From: Methanobacteriota archaeon
GTDB lineage: Archaea; Halobacteriota; Bog-38; Methanoflorentales; Methanoflorentaceae
DNA: 64,000 nucleotides
Assembly (NCBI GenBank): GCA_963719035.1
Contig: CAVRAO010000008.1
Span: 64,001-128,000, forward strand
Direction of reading: 5' to 3'
Shown: in pieces, positions 62,992-64,000 of the stretch
Position numbering within the stretch: the first letter of the stretch is position 1
Layout: each line of letters starts with the position of its first letter
Notes under the pieces: generated by a model
Told to the model about the DNA's origin: nothing
The model's input: only the letters and a program-made list of their open reading frames with translations
The model's database searches: none
Position numbers and translations under genes: made by a program

Positions 62992-63015
62992 CGATATTAT
63001 AATAAAGTAATATCG
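62992..63015. promoter_or_regulatory. ModE-type operator between the divergent fmdE and fmdB
   Basis: CGATATTA-N8-TAATATCG, same geometry as 43414-43437. Confidence 0.75.
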
Positions 63016-63146
63016 CTAAGCAGAGGCATAATTCGCATGGCGTTGAATGGCTTAGCTTCAAGGTTAATCGAAGATAAAGCTGCGCACTCTGCCGTTAGGT
63101 TGGCTACAATCCGAACGAAGCCAAGCAATGCGAATTGAGGTGCTAA

Positions 63147-64000
63147 ATGAGCTCTGAAGCAAACGTAATAACCAAAACTGGCGATAAACTAACGTGCACG
63201 GACGTGACGTGCCCCGTGTGTGGTATAGCCTGTGACGATATTGAAGTCGAGCTTGACGACGTATCCGTCGTTACGCGAAATGCCTGCATTATGGGTGATG
63301 CGAAGTTCAAGGAGCTTCGAAGCAGTCACCGAATTACCAAGCCTCTAATTGATGGAAAAGAGGCCCCGTGGAGTGAGGCTATCGACAAAGCAGCTGAGTT
63401 TCTCGTAAATGCGAAAAGACCGTTCTTTTTCGTGGGAAGCGAAACGACCACAGAGGCTATGGCAGTAGGCATCGAGATCGCTGAGATGTTAGGTGGACTG
63501 GTTGATGGTAACGCGACGATCTGCCACGGGCCGACAGTAATGGCCATGCAAGACGTGGGGCAATCCGGATGCACACTCGGTGAAACCCGAAACAGAGCGG
63601 ATCTCGATATCTACTGGGGTGCCAACCCAGAAGACTCCCACCCGAGGCACTTAAGCCGCCATTCGATATTCGTGCGCGGTTTCTTCGCAGAACAGGGTCG
63701 CTACGGGAGAAAGGTCGTCGTCGTCGACCCGAGACGCTCGACCACAGCTGAGCACGCGGACCTTCACCTCCAGCTCAAGCCAGGCACCGATTTCGAGGTG
63801 CTCAGCGCGATTATGACGATTCTCAACGGATTTGAGCCGCACGAATCCTTTACAGAAATAACCGGTATCAGCCGTGAAGATATACACAAAGCGGCAGAAA
63901 TGGTAAAAGAGGCACGCTTTGGAGTGATATGGGTCGGTTTAGGCATCGCAAGCACCCGCGGCAAACACTACAACGCATCAATGGCGATGCGGTTGACGCA
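63147..64000 (+). CDS. fmdB: Formylmethanofuran dehydrogenase subunit B (partial, Cys-type)
   Basis: Manual translation: CPVCGIACDDI, NACIMGDAKF, ATICHGPT, TLGETRNRADL..YWGANP..SHPRH; GAGGTG SD; not in the ORF track; Mo (fmd) versus W (fwd) form not resolvable. Confidence 0.92.
   Translation, partial: MSSEANVITKTGDKLTCTDVTCPVCGIACDDIEVELDDVSVVTRNACIMGDAKFKELRSSHRITKPLIDGKEAPWSEAIDKAAEFLVNAKRPFFFVGSETTTEAMAVGIEIAEMLGGLVDGNATICHGPTVMAMQDVGQSGCTLGETRNRADLDIYWGANPEDSHPRHLSRHSIFVRGFFAEQGRYGRKVVVVDPRRSTTAEHADLHLQLKPGTDFEVLSAIMTILNGFEPHESFTEITGISREDIHKAAEMVKEARFGVIWVGLGIASTRGKHYNASMAMRLT

Noticed and set aside
49147-64000. Selenocysteine in FdhA or FmdB
   Set aside because: The active-site codons are Cys (CARLCHG, CARICHG, TICHG); there is no in-frame TGA.

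Overview
Archaeal chromosome segment, most likely from a Halobacteriota methanogen (Methanomicrobia/Methanocellia-like; the lineage is inferred from gene content, not searched). Bases 1-35 kb are housekeeping genes: CbiQO, NMN adenylyltransferase, AcnX/phosphomevalonate dehydratase, egsA, proS, map, the eIF2g-PIN-Rpo7-Spt4-DUF359-S24e-S27ae-Kae1-Bud32-RdgB-S15-Pcc1 string, a thermosome, enolase, RFC-S2 and apgM. Bases 35-64 kb are a dense molybdenum/tungsten hub: a TOBE protein, tupBC/tupA, a MOT1-type transporter, modC/A/B, two fdhAB operons, an HTH-only ModE, two moeA, a MoSto-like storage protein, fmdE and fmdB. It also carries ModE-type palindromes and much gene debris. Best leads: (1) an otherwise intact thermosome gene with one in-frame UAG inside a CxxC-containing insertion, followed by a second SD-like sequence and ATG (a naturally split or a recoded chaperonin); (2) two diverged FdhA paralogues sharing an almost identical FdhB and the same 32-bp promoter/operator element in opposite orientations; (3) a tRNA-Val-like 3' half fused through its anticodon stem to a modB remnant, next to a probable integrase remnant; (4) six perfect 45-bp repeats inside ribosomal protein S24e. 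Many single-base frameshifts between 37 and 47.5 kb may be sequencing errors. All family calls come from motif recognition; no searches were run.
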